Source: Candidatus Altiarchaeales archaeon (lineage in GTDB: Archaea > Altiarchaeota > Altiarchaeia > IMC4 > QMZM01). Taken from it: 59,420 nucleotides of DNA. Below, piece by piece: positions 29,158 through 39,397 of this stretch. A model generated the notes under the pieces. It searched no databases and was not told the DNA's origin. It saw only the letters and a program-made list of their open reading frames with translations. How positions within the stretch are numbered: the stretch's first letter is position 1; every line of letters begins with the position of its first letter. The stretch spans positions 1-59,420 of the forward strand of contig JAHEXG010000004.1 of the NCBI GenBank assembly GCA_023252215.1. The letters run 5' to 3'. Both the position numbers and the translations under genes were made by a program.

Positions 29158-30081
29158 ATGAAGTGGGAAAAAAGACATATTATCTCGATCAAGGATTTCT
29201 CCCGCGAGGAGATAGACTACGTTCTTAAAAAATCTGCGGAAATGGAGGAGCGGCTAAACCATGAAAAGACCTCCTCGCTTATGAAAAACAAAATACTTGC
29301 AAACCTCTTTTTTGAGCCGTCTACCAGGACCCGGATGTCCTTCGAAGCCTCTATGAAGAAACTAGGCGGCGTTACCATAGGCTTCGACTCGGGCGAAGTA
29401 AGCAGCGAAGTCAAAGGAGAAACTATCGTGGACACCGTGAAAATAGCATCCGGATACTCCGACGTCATCGTTATACGGCACCCGGTGGAAGGCTCCGCGC
29501 GCCTGGCATCCGAGCACTCGGACGTTCCGGTGATAAACGGCGGAGACGGCGCAAACCAACACCCCACGCAGACGCTGCTCGACCTGTACACGATAAAAAA
29601 AGAATTCAAAAAAATAGACGGCCTAAGCATATGCGTCGTCGGAGACCTCAAATACGGCCGCACAGTGCATTCGCTGACCAACGCACTGGAGAACTACGAA
29701 GCAGACCTCTGCTTCATATCGCCGCAGGAACTCAAAATGCCCAGGACGATAGTAAAAGACCTGGAAGCAAAAGGAATAAACGTAAAAGAGAGCAGCAAAC
29801 TCAACGTCAAAGACTGCGACGTAGTATACGTTACAAGGATACAAAAGGAACGCTTCCCCGACCCCCAGGAATACGAACGGGTAAAAGACGCATTCGTCCT
29901 GGACATCCAGGCACTGGAAGGGATAAAAGAAGACGCCATAATCATGCACCCCCTGCCCAGGGTATCAGAGATACACCCGGAGATAGACGACACACAATAC
30001 GCCAGATACTTCCAGCAGGCCAAAAACGGAATACCGGTCAGGATGGCCCTCCTCGCACTCGTAAGCGACGTAGACTTCTAA
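29158..30081 (+). CDS. pyrB: Aspartate carbamoyltransferase catalytic subunit
   Basis: FFEPSTRTRMSF, HPTQTLLD, GDLKYGRTVHS, MHPLPR. Confidence 0.97.
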   Translation: MKWEKRHIISIKDFSREEIDYVLKKSAEMEERLNHEKTSSLMKNKILANLFFEPSTRTRMSFEASMKKLGGVTIGFDSGEVSSEVKGETIVDTVKIASGYSDVIVIRHPVEGSARLASEHSDVPVINGGDGANQHPTQTLLDLYTIKKEFKKIDGLSICVVGDLKYGRTVHSLTNALENYEADLCFISPQELKMPRTIVKDLEAKGINVKESSKLNVKDCDVVYVTRIQKERFPDPQEYERVKDAFVLDIQALEGIKEDAIIMHPLPRVSEIHPEIDDTQYARYFQQAKNGIPVRMALLALVSDVDF

Positions 30082-30090
30082 TAGAAAAAA

Positions 30091-30567
30091 ATGGATGCAG
30101 AAAAAAACGAGGAAGAAAAAAACGACGAAAAGATGAAGATCAAACTCATCAAAAACGGCGTCGTAATAGATCACATAGCAAGCGGCCGCGCACTAGAAGT
30201 CCTGCACATCCTCGGAATAGGCGAAGACTACGAAGACGAGGTCTCCTTGGCCATGAACATATACAGCAAAAGCATGGGCAAAAAAGACATAGTCAAAGTC
30301 GAAAACCGGGAAATAAAGACCTACGAGATAAACAAGATAGCAGTAATAGCGCCCAAGGCCACGATCAACAGGATACGGGACTGCAGGGTCGTAAAAAAGG
30401 AAAAAGTAGTCCTGCCAAACGAGATAATCGGCATAGTGAAATGCTCAAACCCCCAGTGCGTGTCGAACAAATGCCGCGAGCCTGTCAAGTCGTCGTTCAT
30501 AGTAGTGCAGAGGGAACCGTTGATAATAAGCTGCAAATACTGCGAAAGAGAAGCAAAAGGTCTTTAA
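30091..30567 (+). CDS. pyrI: Aspartate carbamoyltransferase regulatory subunit
   Basis: IKNGVVIDHI, KDIVKVE, CSNPQCVSN...CKYCE. Confidence 0.95.
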   Translation: MDAEKNEEEKNDEKMKIKLIKNGVVIDHIASGRALEVLHILGIGEDYEDEVSLAMNIYSKSMGKKDIVKVENREIKTYEINKIAVIAPKATINRIRDCRVVKKEKVVLPNEIIGIVKCSNPQCVSNKCREPVKSSFIVVQREPLIISCKYCEREAKGL

Positions 30568-32039
30568 ATCATCTCTTTGACAGCCTGCTGCGTAAGTTTC
30601 TTGGCAGACTCGACTTTCTCTATTCTCTTCTTTAGACCGGCTTCTTTTGCCTCTGCATCGTTTCTTAATTCCTTGACCATCCTCCGAACCTCCGCAGGAG
30701 CCGTGCCGCCAAGGCTCTTATTCCGGGAAGCGGCTTTCCCCGGGTCAAGTATTTCTGACAACGCATCAGACGAAGCAGTTACCCCGGATTTTTTAAGGAA
30801 CGCTATTACCTCGGAGGTATCTCTCAAATCTTTCTTCCTGGAAGAAAGCTCTTTGACCACTCCCCCGGTTATCTCATAGGCCTTGCGGAAAGCAATCCCC
30901 TTCTCTTTGACCAAGTAATTGGCAAGCTCGGTCGCAGTCGAAAAATCAGCATACACCGACTCCGACATGCGTGCCCTGTTGATCTTTGCATCCGAGAGGC
31001 CTGCGTTCAGCACCTGGAGCGAGCCTTTGACGACATACAAAGCATCCCAGAGAAGCTCCCGGTCCTCCTGCATATCCCGGTTGTAGCCGCCGGGCAGTCC
31101 TTTCATGAGAGTCAAGACCTGCATGAGCGCTCCATAGACGCGGCCGGTCTTACCCCGCACAAGTTCGGCCATGTCAGGGTTCTTCTTCTGAGGCATAATA
31201 GAACTGCCAGTGGCAAAGGAATCAGAGAACTCAATGAAGCCGAATTCACAGCTGCTCCACAAAACAAACTCCTCCGCAAGCTTCGAAAGATCGCACATGA
31301 GGATCGAGAGAGCGGAAAGCGCTTCCAGCACGTGGTCCCGGGAGCTTACGGCATCGAGCGCATGCACATGGACTCCGTCGAAGCCGAGCAATTTAGCCGT
31401 GTACTCCCGGTCTATGGGAAAGGAAGTGCCTGACAAAGCCCCTGCGCCAAGAGGGCATGTGTTGTCGTGGGCATACGCGCCCGACAACCGGTCAAAGTCG
31501 CGAAGCAGCATGCTGGCATAAGAACTCGCCCAGAAACCGAACGTTATAGGCTGCGCATGCTGCATATGGGTATAACCGGGCATGATCGCATCGGCATTTT
31601 GGTCAGCGAGGCAAAGCAATGACTCCTCCAGTTCCAGGACGCAGCCCATGACTTCCAAAAGCTCTTTTCTCAGGTGCAACTTTGTATCGGTAAGCACTTG
31701 ATCATTCCTAGAACGGGCAGTATGCATCCTGCCGCCGTATTCTATTCCGCATTTGCTTATTACGTAATTTTCTATGTTTATGTGAACGTCCTCAAAGGCC
31801 TCATCCAGTTCAAATTTACCGGCCGAATACTCTTTTTTGACATCTCCAAGGGCCTTTAAAATCTTGCCCGCATCCCCCGCGGGGATAATACCCTGCTTAG
31901 CCAGCATCAGGACATGAGCCTCGCTGCCCCAGACATCCTCGAAGAACATCTCTTTATCAGTGTCAAGAGAACTCGAAAACCCTAAAAGAACAGGCGAGAT
32001 ACCGCCTTTAAACCTGCCGCGTAGCATCTTGGAAGCCAT
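30564..32039 (-). CDS. argH: Argininosuccinate lyase
   Basis: EDVH, HTARSRNDQV, PGYTHMQHAQP, GSSIMPQKKNPD. Confidence 0.96.
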   Translation of the reverse strand: MASKMLRGRFKGGISPVLLGFSSSLDTDKEMFFEDVWGSEAHVLMLAKQGIIPAGDAGKILKALGDVKKEYSAGKFELDEAFEDVHINIENYVISKCGIEYGGRMHTARSRNDQVLTDTKLHLRKELLEVMGCVLELEESLLCLADQNADAIMPGYTHMQHAQPITFGFWASSYASMLLRDFDRLSGAYAHDNTCPLGAGALSGTSFPIDREYTAKLLGFDGVHVHALDAVSSRDHVLEALSALSILMCDLSKLAEEFVLWSSCEFGFIEFSDSFATGSSIMPQKKNPDMAELVRGKTGRVYGALMQVLTLMKGLPGGYNRDMQEDRELLWDALYVVKGSLQVLNAGLSDAKINRARMSESVYADFSTATELANYLVKEKGIAFRKAYEITGGVVKELSSRKKDLRDTSEVIAFLKKSGVTASSDALSEILDPGKAASRNKSLGGTAPAEVRRMVKELRNDAEAKEAGLKKRIEKVESAKKLTQQAVKEMI

Positions 32040-32171
32040 CTTAGCATAGATTATTTGAACAGACCGCTAAATAAAGAAAATACCGAAAAAAATATAAACA
32101 ATTTAAAGCAAAAAAAAGCCCGGGAGAATCTTTTAAGTCGAAATACCATAATAATAAACCTTTAACACCAC

Positions 32172-32330
32172 GCCGAGGTGGCCGGCCGCAGCCGGACATG
32201 TCGGCATTCAAGTTCATTACATATGCCGAGGTGGCCGGCCGCAGCCGGACATGTCGGCATTCAAGTTCATTACATATGCCGAGGTGGCCGGCCGCAGCCG
32301 GACATGTCGGCATTCAAGTTCATTACATAT
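32172..32330 (+). repeat. Three perfect 53-bp tandem repeats abutting the 5' end of tRNA-Ser
   Basis: Unit GCCGAGGTGGCCGGCCGCAGCCGGACATGTCGGCATTCAAGTTCATTACATAT at 32172, 32225 and 32278. The first 11 nt of the unit equal the first 11 nt of the tRNA at 32331. Confidence 0.97.
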
Positions 32331-32418
32331 GCCGAGGTGGCAGAGCCTGGTTTAACGCGCAAGCCTGGAAAGCTTGTTTCTCGCAAGGGAAGCTTGAGTT
32401 CAAATCTCAACCTCGGCG
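32331..32418 (+). tRNA. tRNA-Ser(GGA)
   Basis: Acceptor GCCGAGG/CCTCGGC plus G discriminator; anticodon arm CAAGC-CTGGAAA-GCTTG; long variable arm; T arm TTGAG-TTCAAAT-CTCAA. Confidence 0.95.
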
Positions 32419-32580
32419 CACCTTTTCTTTCTAAAGAAAGAAAACGTGCACGAAAAGAAAGGGGAATTTGCTCGCCTGAAGCTCGCAAATTCAACTGCTA
32501 ACCTAATGATCAGGACTGGCTAAATTTTGGAGCATGCAAGCTTTGCCTTCACAAGAACTGGGGGCTTCGCACCTCCGCGG
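32419..32580. repeat. Multi-hairpin palindromic intergenic element
   Basis: TTTTCTTTCT-AA-AGAAAGAAAA (32423-32444), GAATTTGC...GCAAATTC (32464-32492), GGGGCTTCGCACCTCC (about 32562-32576). Confidence 0.5.
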
Positions 32581-32596
32581 TTTGGGTTAGGATTGA

Positions 32597-35365
32597 TTAC
32601 TTGATGTATATCCCCGGTTTTTGGGGTATGGCGAATCTTGCCTTGTTTTCCGGGTCTTTTGTCGGGGTTTTCTGCAGGTCTATTTCTGCGTTGAATTCTT
32701 TTTCCAGGAATTTTTGGGCGCCTTTCAGGGTGTCGTATTCTTCGTCCAGTGTCAGCATCAGTTCGGGTATTTCGTCTCTGCGGTATTTCTGCATTATCTG
32801 GCTTATCTCTTTGCCGTAGGGCTTCATCTCCGGGTCGCTCATTATCTGTTTCATCGGCGTGCAGGATCTTAGCAGTGCGAATGCTTTTCTCTTCCATTCC
32901 GGCGCCAGATACATGTGTATCCGCTCTGGTTTTATCTTTGATATTTCCATGATGTGCTGTATGTCTTCCATTAAATTCTTTATCATGTTTTCTTTGGCGT
33001 CTACTATCGGATCGATCTTCTTTGGGTCTGAGATCGGGTACTCTGCTACTGAGATGTAGTCTTTGTGTCCCATTGCTTCCCATAGTTCTTCGCATGTGCA
33101 GGGGGTGAAAGGAGCCATCAGGCGGACCCATTGGTCGCAGAATTCTTTTACGGTCTTTGTTCTGGGTTCGCATCTTCTTGTGTACCACATCAGGTCGTTT
33201 ATCAGGTCGAAGAATGCGGATTGAATGGCTTTTCTGGTCTGGAATGCTTCCAGTGCCGTGTTTGTTCTTTCCGTTGCTTCCTGTATTCTGCTGATAAGCC
33301 AGCGGTCTATGTCCCTTTCGGGTATGTCGTTTTTGAGCTCCGATGCCGCATATGCCTGGTCATAGAATTGCTTTAGTTTACGTCCTGTGTTCTTGACGAG
33401 GTTCTCTCTCCAGTCGAAGTCCTGCCAGGGCTCGGCGTTGCTCATCAAGAACAGGCGGACTGCGTCGCTTCCGTTGTCCCGCATGGCGTCGCTTAGTAGT
33501 ACGACGTTTCCTTTGGAGGAGGACATCTTGTTTCCTTCCAGCAGGCCCATTCCGAAGACCACTATGCCCTTGGGCCATTTGTCTTTCGGGAATACCGCGG
33601 TGTGGTGGAACAACATAAACGACAGGTGGTTTCCGACGAGGTCTTTTGCCGAGAGCCTCCAGTCCAGCGGGTACCAGTAGAGGAATTCTGCGCGGATATT
33701 TTCTATCTCCGCTCTTGCGACTCCGCTCTTCTTGGATAATTCCTCAGATTTTCCTTTTCCAAGCAGGACGTAGTCGTAGAACTCCGGCGTGAGTTTGGCA
33801 GCGTCTATCTTCTTTACATGCTTTGATATTGTGTAGAACGCCATGTATATCGTGGAATCGCTCAAGGGTTCGATGAGCCATTTACTGTCGTACGGGAACC
33901 TAGTGCCAAGCCCTACGCGGCGGGTGCAGGCCCAGTCTTGCAGCCAGTCTATGAAGTAAGAGAAGTTCTGTTTCAGTTCCGATGGAACGATCTCCATCTG
34001 TTTGAGGCATTCTTGCGTCTTCTCTTTCCATTCAGTGTTCCCGTATTCAAGGAACCACTGGTCTTTTAGTATTTTTATGTAGCAGCGTGTGCCGCATCTG
34101 CAGACAACGGGGCTTTCTGAGAATTCGTAGAATATGTCTGCGTCGCCTGCGCCGGTTAGGTCGGCTGCCACTTTCTCCCTGGCAGTGCGAACCGCAAGCC
34201 CGCCGTATCCCTTTATCCATTTGCTCATATGGCCTTTGCCGTGCTCTTCTTTGTATAGCTGCGCCGTTGCTTCTTCGAGCTTGGGGTCTTTCTGGTCCGA
34301 TATGCCCATCTCCCGGATCATCTTCTCGGCTGGAGCGTCTCTTCCCTCTCCTATGATGACTATGGGTTTTAGATCGCTCTTCAGATCCTTTAGCGCGATG
34401 TAGTCGTATGGCGCATGCGCTGGAACTGACATCACTATGCCTGTCGCATAGTCGGGGTTCACGAATACTGCGGGCAGTATGGGTATTTCTTTTTTTAGCA
34501 GGGGGTCTGTGCATGTTTTTCCGATTAGTTCGCTCCCTTTTATTTCGCCGATGATCTCTACTTTTTTGTTGAGGTATTTTAGTTTTTCTGCTGCTTCTTT
34601 GCTTATTACCCATGTTTCATTGTCTACTTTTGCTTTGACGTAGTTTACTTCGGGGTTGACCCACATGTTGGTCAGGCCGAATATGGTCTCAGCTCGCAGG
34701 GTCGCAGCCGGCAGTATGAGGTCGCCCATCCTGAATTTTATTATCGTGAAATCATTTACCTCGGCTTTGTCTCCCTGTAGGAGGTCGTGGTCTCCTACCG
34801 GGTTGTTGCAGCTTGGGCAGTATCGGACAGGGTGTTCTCCCATCTTTATCAGGTTCTGCTCGTGCAGGTGCGCGTACTGCCATTCAACGTATTTGCTGTA
34901 CTGCGGCGTGATGCTTAGGAATTCGCGTGTCCAGTCGATGGAGTATCCCATGTCCACCATGTTCTCATGGTATTCGTTTGAGAAGTATTTTACGATGGTT
35001 TCCGGGTTTGTGAAGTTCGCAAGGGTTTCGGGCGGCACCTTATAGAGGCCGCCGTATATCTTCAGCGTCTTTTCGTCTTTTTTCTTTATACGCTCGGCTA
35101 TTCCAAGGACCGGGCTCCCGGTGACGTGCCAGGCCATTGGGAACAAGACATTGTATCCCTGCATCCTCTTGTATCTGGCGATGACGTCGGGAACCGTATA
35201 TGTCCGGCCGTGGCCGACGTGCATGCTTCCGGAGGGATAGGGGAATGCGACGGTCAGGTAGAATTTCTTTTTCTCTGGATCGGGCGAGGCCTCGAAGACT
35301 TTGGCGTCCGCCCATTTCTTTATCCATTTCTTTTCTATTTCCCTGACATCGTATTCTTTGACCAT
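32597..35365 (-). CDS. leuS: Leucine--tRNA ligase (archaeal type)
   Basis: [42 protein letters not shown]. Confidence 0.97.
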   Translation of the reverse strand: MVKEYDVREIEKKWIKKWADAKVFEASPDPEKKKFYLTVAFPYPSGSMHVGHGRTYTVPDVIARYKRMQGYNVLFPMAWHVTGSPVLGIAERIKKKDEKTLKIYGGLYKVPPETLANFTNPETIVKYFSNEYHENMVDMGYSIDWTREFLSITPQYSKYVEWQYAHLHEQNLIKMGEHPVRYCPSCNNPVGDHDLLQGDKAEVNDFTIIKFRMGDLILPAATLRAETIFGLTNMWVNPEVNYVKAKVDNETWVISKEAAEKLKYLNKKVEIIGEIKGSELIGKTCTDPLLKKEIPILPAVFVNPDYATGIVMSVPAHAPYDYIALKDLKSDLKPIVIIGEGRDAPAEKMIREMGISDQKDPKLEEATAQLYKEEHGKGHMSKWIKGYGGLAVRTAREKVAADLTGAGDADIFYEFSESPVVCRCGTRCYIKILKDQWFLEYGNTEWKEKTQECLKQMEIVPSELKQNFSYFIDWLQDWACTRRVGLGTRFPYDSKWLIEPLSDSTIYMAFYTISKHVKKIDAAKLTPEFYDYVLLGKGKSEELSKKSGVARAEIENIRAEFLYWYPLDWRLSAKDLVGNHLSFMLFHHTAVFPKDKWPKGIVVFGMGLLEGNKMSSSKGNVVLLSDAMRDNGSDAVRLFLMSNAEPWQDFDWRENLVKNTGRKLKQFYDQAYAASELKNDIPERDIDRWLISRIQEATERTNTALEAFQTRKAIQSAFFDLINDLMWYTRRCEPRTKTVKEFCDQWVRLMAPFTPCTCEELWEAMGHKDYISVAEYPISDPKKIDPIVDAKENMIKNLMEDIQHIMEISKIKPERIHMYLAPEWKRKAFALLRSCTPMKQIMSDPEMKPYGKEISQIMQKYRRDEIPELMLTLDEEYDTLKGAQKFLEKEFNAEIDLQKTPTKDPENKARFAIPQKPGIYIK

Positions 35366-35437
35366 CTTAGGACAACTCCTGTTAGTGCGATAGTACTCTT
35401 ATAAAATAGGAATAGCAGGCTTTTATTTCATTAAAAC

Positions 35438-35926
35438 TCAGAAAAAAGAGGATATCCTTGCTTGCTGGCCGTCTTTTGTCGCTTCCTCAAGTCGGCCGTC
35501 TCCTCGGATGTGATAGACCCGCACGCCTTTTGACAGCATCGTTTGTGTCAGGAGGAAATGCCGGTGACAGTGGTACGGGTCTTCTTCGGCGCACATGATG
35601 GCAGTTTTGTGCTTTTCCGCATGGTCCAGCAGTTCATATATCCCGGTCTGGTACCATTGCTTGCTGCTTACCAGGCCGTAGTCGGCGATCCCGTTACTGA
35701 AGCATTCGCTGTCAACGGGTTTTCCGCCCAGGCGGTTTCCCATATACAGATACGCGATATTGTTTTTACAGAGAAATTGATCGATAACGCCCTTGTTGTA
35801 TTGTGAGGCGTATTTGCTTACCGGTATGCTCCTTACGTCGACAAGAGATTCTATGTAATGCGTTTTTAGGAGTTTTAGGAATTCCTGCGTTTGTATGTTC
35901 GAATGGCCGATAGTGTAAATTTCCAT
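35438..35926 (-). CDS. DUF488 family protein
   Basis: IYTIGHSN, LVDVRSIP.S, LGG, IMCAEEDPYHCHR, VYHI. Confidence 0.9.
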   Translation of the reverse strand: MEIYTIGHSNIQTQEFLKLLKTHYIESLVDVRSIPVSKYASQYNKGVIDQFLCKNNIAYLYMGNRLGGKPVDSECFSNGIADYGLVSSKQWYQTGIYELLDHAEKHKTAIMCAEEDPYHCHRHFLLTQTMLSKGVRVYHIRGDGRLEEATKDGQQARISSFF

Positions 35927-36043
35927 ATCAGAGAGAGTAACAAATATTGAATTTCAAAACGGTGATTCCTTAATTTCAACAAACAGTATATTATATTGCA
36001 CTCTGAGATTATATTTCCTCTTTCAATTTATGTATTTCCGTTC

Positions 36044-36328
36044 TTAGAACACTAAGACGGTTAGAAACGACAGTGTCATTAGAAACTTGTATGAAATCAT
36101 CATTACTAAAAGCTTCCAGCCATTTGCAAATTCCTGGAAAAACCCTTTAAATACACCAGATTGGGGTTCAAATATCATAAAATTACCAAAGAAGTTGTCA
36201 TTATTTGGCTCAATAGTAGAAACACCTACGTCACAATGACCAGCTCCGGACTTCAAAAGACCGCAAACCATATAAACGTCTTTTTCTTGGGCAGCTGGTT
36301 TGAAAGCAGCATTTGAACAAACGCACAT
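36044..36328 (-). pseudogene. Possible degraded gene remnant (weakly transglutaminase/peptidase-like)
   Basis: AT-rich region; DVYMVCG...GAGHC...IFEPQ resembles a papain-fold H/E segment; no intact N-terminus. Confidence 0.25.
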
Positions 36329-36583
36329 ATAAGAAAAAGTAGAGAAATCATAGTAGAGTGCATATATCTAGATAGACAATGCCCCATACTGGATTATCAG
36401 AGGATAGAAAAATAATTACCTAGGCGGATTTGTAGGAGAGTTCTAATCTTACTCCAGTGTCTCTTGTGGCCCAAGCCTCTAGTTCATCAATTTAGATCAG
36501 AAATAACGAAACAAATTCTGTGGATCTGTTATAGACAATCTTTTTATTCATCCTCCGTCTAATTACTATTGAGGAGATTTTTA

Positions 36584-37600
36584 ATGCCGTATTGTTCTAA
36601 TTGTGGGAGAAAGCTTGAAGCTTCGGATAACTTTTGTGAGGATTGCGGGAAAAAAAGGGCCGGAAAAACAATTGAGGAGACAGATATTAAAGTAGCAACA
36701 AATGAGCCCGACACAAAAAAAGAGTCAGATACGAAATTAATAGCAACTGATGGGGAGAATAAGACTATTAAAAAATCTATTAAGTTTCACATGCGTGAAG
36801 TGCGGTCTGAGATATTCATGATACGCATGTTCTCTGCTTTTTTGGAGTCTATAATAATATTCCTGTTTTGCGCCATAATCTTCTCGCTTAAAAGTATCCC
36901 TCTAGGTTTTGGCATCATGCCAACAGTCGTCTATTTCATAATCCAATTCGCGACAGCGATCACAGATAAAAGCACTATAAATAGGGTCGTAATCAAATAC
37001 CCTGATCTGGACGAGAAGCTGCAGACCGCGTATGAAAATGAGAAAACGCCTAATGTCTCAGCAGAGCGGCTTATCGCAGAGGTTTCTCAAAAACTAGATG
37101 AAATGCATTCCTCTGATTTCATAAATGTAAGAGGTATTTTAACACGGATTTCTGTAATCGTTTTTCTGCTCTTTTTCTTCTTTATACCCCTCAGGGCCAT
37201 CCAGCAAGCAGTGAAAAAGTATCTGACAGACATTAATATAGCTTTAGGCATTATTCTACTCTGTTCTGTATATGCCAGATTTTTTTTAATTAAAATTCTT
37301 AACTCCAGAGAAAAACACGATCCACTGAAAGAATTCAAACCTAAAGGAACAGGGGATAAATCATTGGGCAATACCCAGTTGTTCTGCTCTAAATGTAACA
37401 GACCAACCTCGAATACATATGTTTACTGTAGATATTGCGGAAGCAAATTAGGGATTGATTCAGTCTATGAAAAGGAAATGCATAAGGGGGACTATGGGGA
37501 TATGGCAACATACAGAAACTCAAGATTCTTTTATAGATGTTCAAAGTTATTTCACGGTAACAATTCAGCTCGTATTGAAAGAAAGCGATCACCCTATTAA
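36584..37600 (+). CDS. Membrane protein flanked by two zinc-ribbon domains
   Basis: MPYCSNCG...FCEDCG; four hydrophobic segments; KYPDLDEKLQTAYEN; CSKC...YCRYCGS. Confidence 0.7.
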   Translation: MPYCSNCGRKLEASDNFCEDCGKKRAGKTIEETDIKVATNEPDTKKESDTKLIATDGENKTIKKSIKFHMREVRSEIFMIRMFSAFLESIIIFLFCAIIFSLKSIPLGFGIMPTVVYFIIQFATAITDKSTINRVVIKYPDLDEKLQTAYENEKTPNVSAERLIAEVSQKLDEMHSSDFINVRGILTRISVIVFLLFFFFIPLRAIQQAVKKYLTDINIALGIILLCSVYARFFLIKILNSREKHDPLKEFKPKGTGDKSLGNTQLFCSKCNRPTSNTYVYCRYCGSKLGIDSVYEKEMHKGDYGDMATYRNSRFFYRCSKLFHGNNSARIERKRSPY

Positions 37601-37727
37601 TAATCCAAAGAAAAAAATGCAAAGAATTCCCAAGACCTGCTACGAATCCTATCTTATGCCTTTCCAGGAGGATCAGGAACTCGGACAAGGGACATTGGAG
37701 TGCTGATAGTGTATATCTCCATGTTTT

Positions 37728-38885
37728 TTACAGTTTCTTGACGAATCCGTCTATCCTGCCAAGGGCCTCGTTTATGTCTTCCCTGGATACGCAGTATGCG
37801 CATCTGATGTGTCCTTCTCCGCATTTGCCGAACGAGTTTCCGGGAACTGCGGCGACTTTGCCTTCGTCCAGTAATCTTTGGGCGAATTTCTCGGAGGACA
37901 TGCCGGTCTGCGTGATGTTCGGGAAGGCGTAGAATGCGCCTTTCGGGGTTATGCATGAGATGTTTGGTATCTCGTTTAGGCCTTTTACTAGCAGGCGTCT
38001 TCTTCGGTCGTATTCTTTGACCATGTCTCTTACGTATTCTTCATGACTGAAGGACTCAAGCACGCCGTATTGCGCTATGGAAGGCGCGCACAGCATGGTA
38101 TACTGGTGTATCTTCATCATGGCTTCGATGTATTCGGCCCTGCCCGCCGCGTAGCCTACGCGCCATCCGGTGAATGCGGCAGCCTTGGAGAACCCGTTAA
38201 GAGTGATCGTGCGGTCCTCCATGCCGTTCAATGAGCCGATGGATATGTGTTTTTCGTCGTCGTATATGAGGACTTCGTATATTTCGTCCGATAATGCGAC
38301 TAGGTCGTGTTCGATGCATAGGTCTGCTATCTCTTCCAGGTCCTTTTTTGAGAGAACGCTTCCTGTGGGGTTGGCAGGGGAGGATATTATTATCGCTTTG
38401 GTCTTTTTGGTTATTCTCTTCTTTATTTCCTCTGGCATTACCCGGAATCCGTCCTCTTCTTTGGTTGGGATGGACACTGGTTCTGCGTATGCGAACCATA
38501 CGTTCGCTTTGTAGGATACGTATCCCGGGTCCGGGACCAGTACTTCGTCTCCCGGGTTCAGTACCGCTCTTGTTGCAAGGTCCAGTGCTTCGCTTACTCC
38601 GACTGTGACAAGGATTTCGCTTTTTGGGTCTGCGGTTATGTTGTTTTTTTTCTTTAGTTTCTCGGATATCTTCTGTCTTAGTTCGAGCAGGCCGTAGTTT
38701 GAGGTATAGGAGGTTTGGTCGTTTTCTATGGCCCTGATGGCGGCGTCTTTTATCGGTTCCGGTGTGGGAAAGTCGGGCTCTCCTACGCCGAGGCTTATTA
38801 TGTCTTTTCTTTCTCCTACCAGGTCGAAGAACTTTCGTATCCCCGAGAAGGGCATTGCGTTGACTCGCTTGGATATTTTATCCAT
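37728..38885 (-). CDS. PLP-dependent aminotransferase class I/II (aspartate aminotransferase-like)
   Basis: ISLGVGEPDF, PANPTG, SDEIY, GFSKAAAFTGWRVG. Confidence 0.93.
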   Translation of the reverse strand: MDKISKRVNAMPFSGIRKFFDLVGERKDIISLGVGEPDFPTPEPIKDAAIRAIENDQTSYTSNYGLLELRQKISEKLKKKNNITADPKSEILVTVGVSEALDLATRAVLNPGDEVLVPDPGYVSYKANVWFAYAEPVSIPTKEEDGFRVMPEEIKKRITKKTKAIIISSPANPTGSVLSKKDLEEIADLCIEHDLVALSDEIYEVLIYDDEKHISIGSLNGMEDRTITLNGFSKAAAFTGWRVGYAAGRAEYIEAMMKIHQYTMLCAPSIAQYGVLESFSHEEYVRDMVKEYDRRRRLLVKGLNEIPNISCITPKGAFYAFPNITQTGMSSEKFAQRLLDEGKVAAVPGNSFGKCGEGHIRCAYCVSREDINEALGRIDGFVKKL

Positions 38886-38891
38886 ATTTTT

Positions 38892-39383
38892 TTAGGGGCT
38901 TACCTGTAGTCTTTCTTTTTTGTCTTCGAAGAATGTTACTCCGTCTCTTTTGAATTCTGACAGGACGATGTGCGTGTATGTGCCGACTACGTCTTTTTTG
39001 GGCGCCAGTTTCTCTGTCACGAAATGGGATAGTTCGTCTATGTCCGCTGCTTCCACCCATATCAGGAGGTCGTATTCTCCGCTGGCGACTATAACGTCTT
39101 TTACTCTGGAGTCGTTGGAGAGTTCCTTGCATATCCTGGAGAAGCCGGATCTCTCCTGCGGGACGACCTTCACCTGGATTATCGCGGAGGCTTTGTGTTT
39201 TCCGAGCTTTTTCCAGTCTATGCTGGTCTTGAACTTGCGGATGATGCCTTCTTTTTTCAGGGCCTTTATACGTTCTTCGATCTTTTTTTCGTCGGTCTTC
39301 AGCATCACAGCCAGGTCCTTTGAAGGGATCCTCGCATCCTCTTCCAGGATTTTGAGTATCTCTTGATCCATGTCGTTTACCAT
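38892..39383 (-). CDS. Lrp/AsnC family transcriptional regulator
   Basis: DQEILKILEEDAR HTH, LKKEGII, SGEYDL. Start at MVNDMD. Confidence 0.92.
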   Translation of the reverse strand: MVNDMDQEILKILEEDARIPSKDLAVMLKTDEKKIEERIKALKKEGIIRKFKTSIDWKKLGKHKASAIIQVKVVPQERSGFSRICKELSNDSRVKDVIVASGEYDLLIWVEAADIDELSHFVTEKLAPKKDVVGTYTHIVLSEFKRDGVTFFEDKKERLQVSP

Positions 39384-39397
39384 TTTTGTAACCTCTT

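Noticed and set aside
29631-30635. 334-aa alternate-frame ORF over pyrB/pyrI
   Set aside because: Arg/Gln-rich shadow frame caused by T-poor coding strands; pyrB and pyrI explain the region.
32172-32330. CRISPR array
   Set aside because: Units are fully identical with no unique spacers, and there are no cas genes in the window.
32183-32341. Repeat array as a non-canonical tRNA intron at position 11/12
   Set aside because: No convincing bulge-helix-bulge is seen, and an intact tRNA already exists at 32331-32418.
32041-32501. ORFs 32041..32313, 32178..32501, 32198..32434 and 32270..32494
   Set aside because: They are translations of the 53-bp repeat and the tRNA; the peptide repeats cycle through frames.
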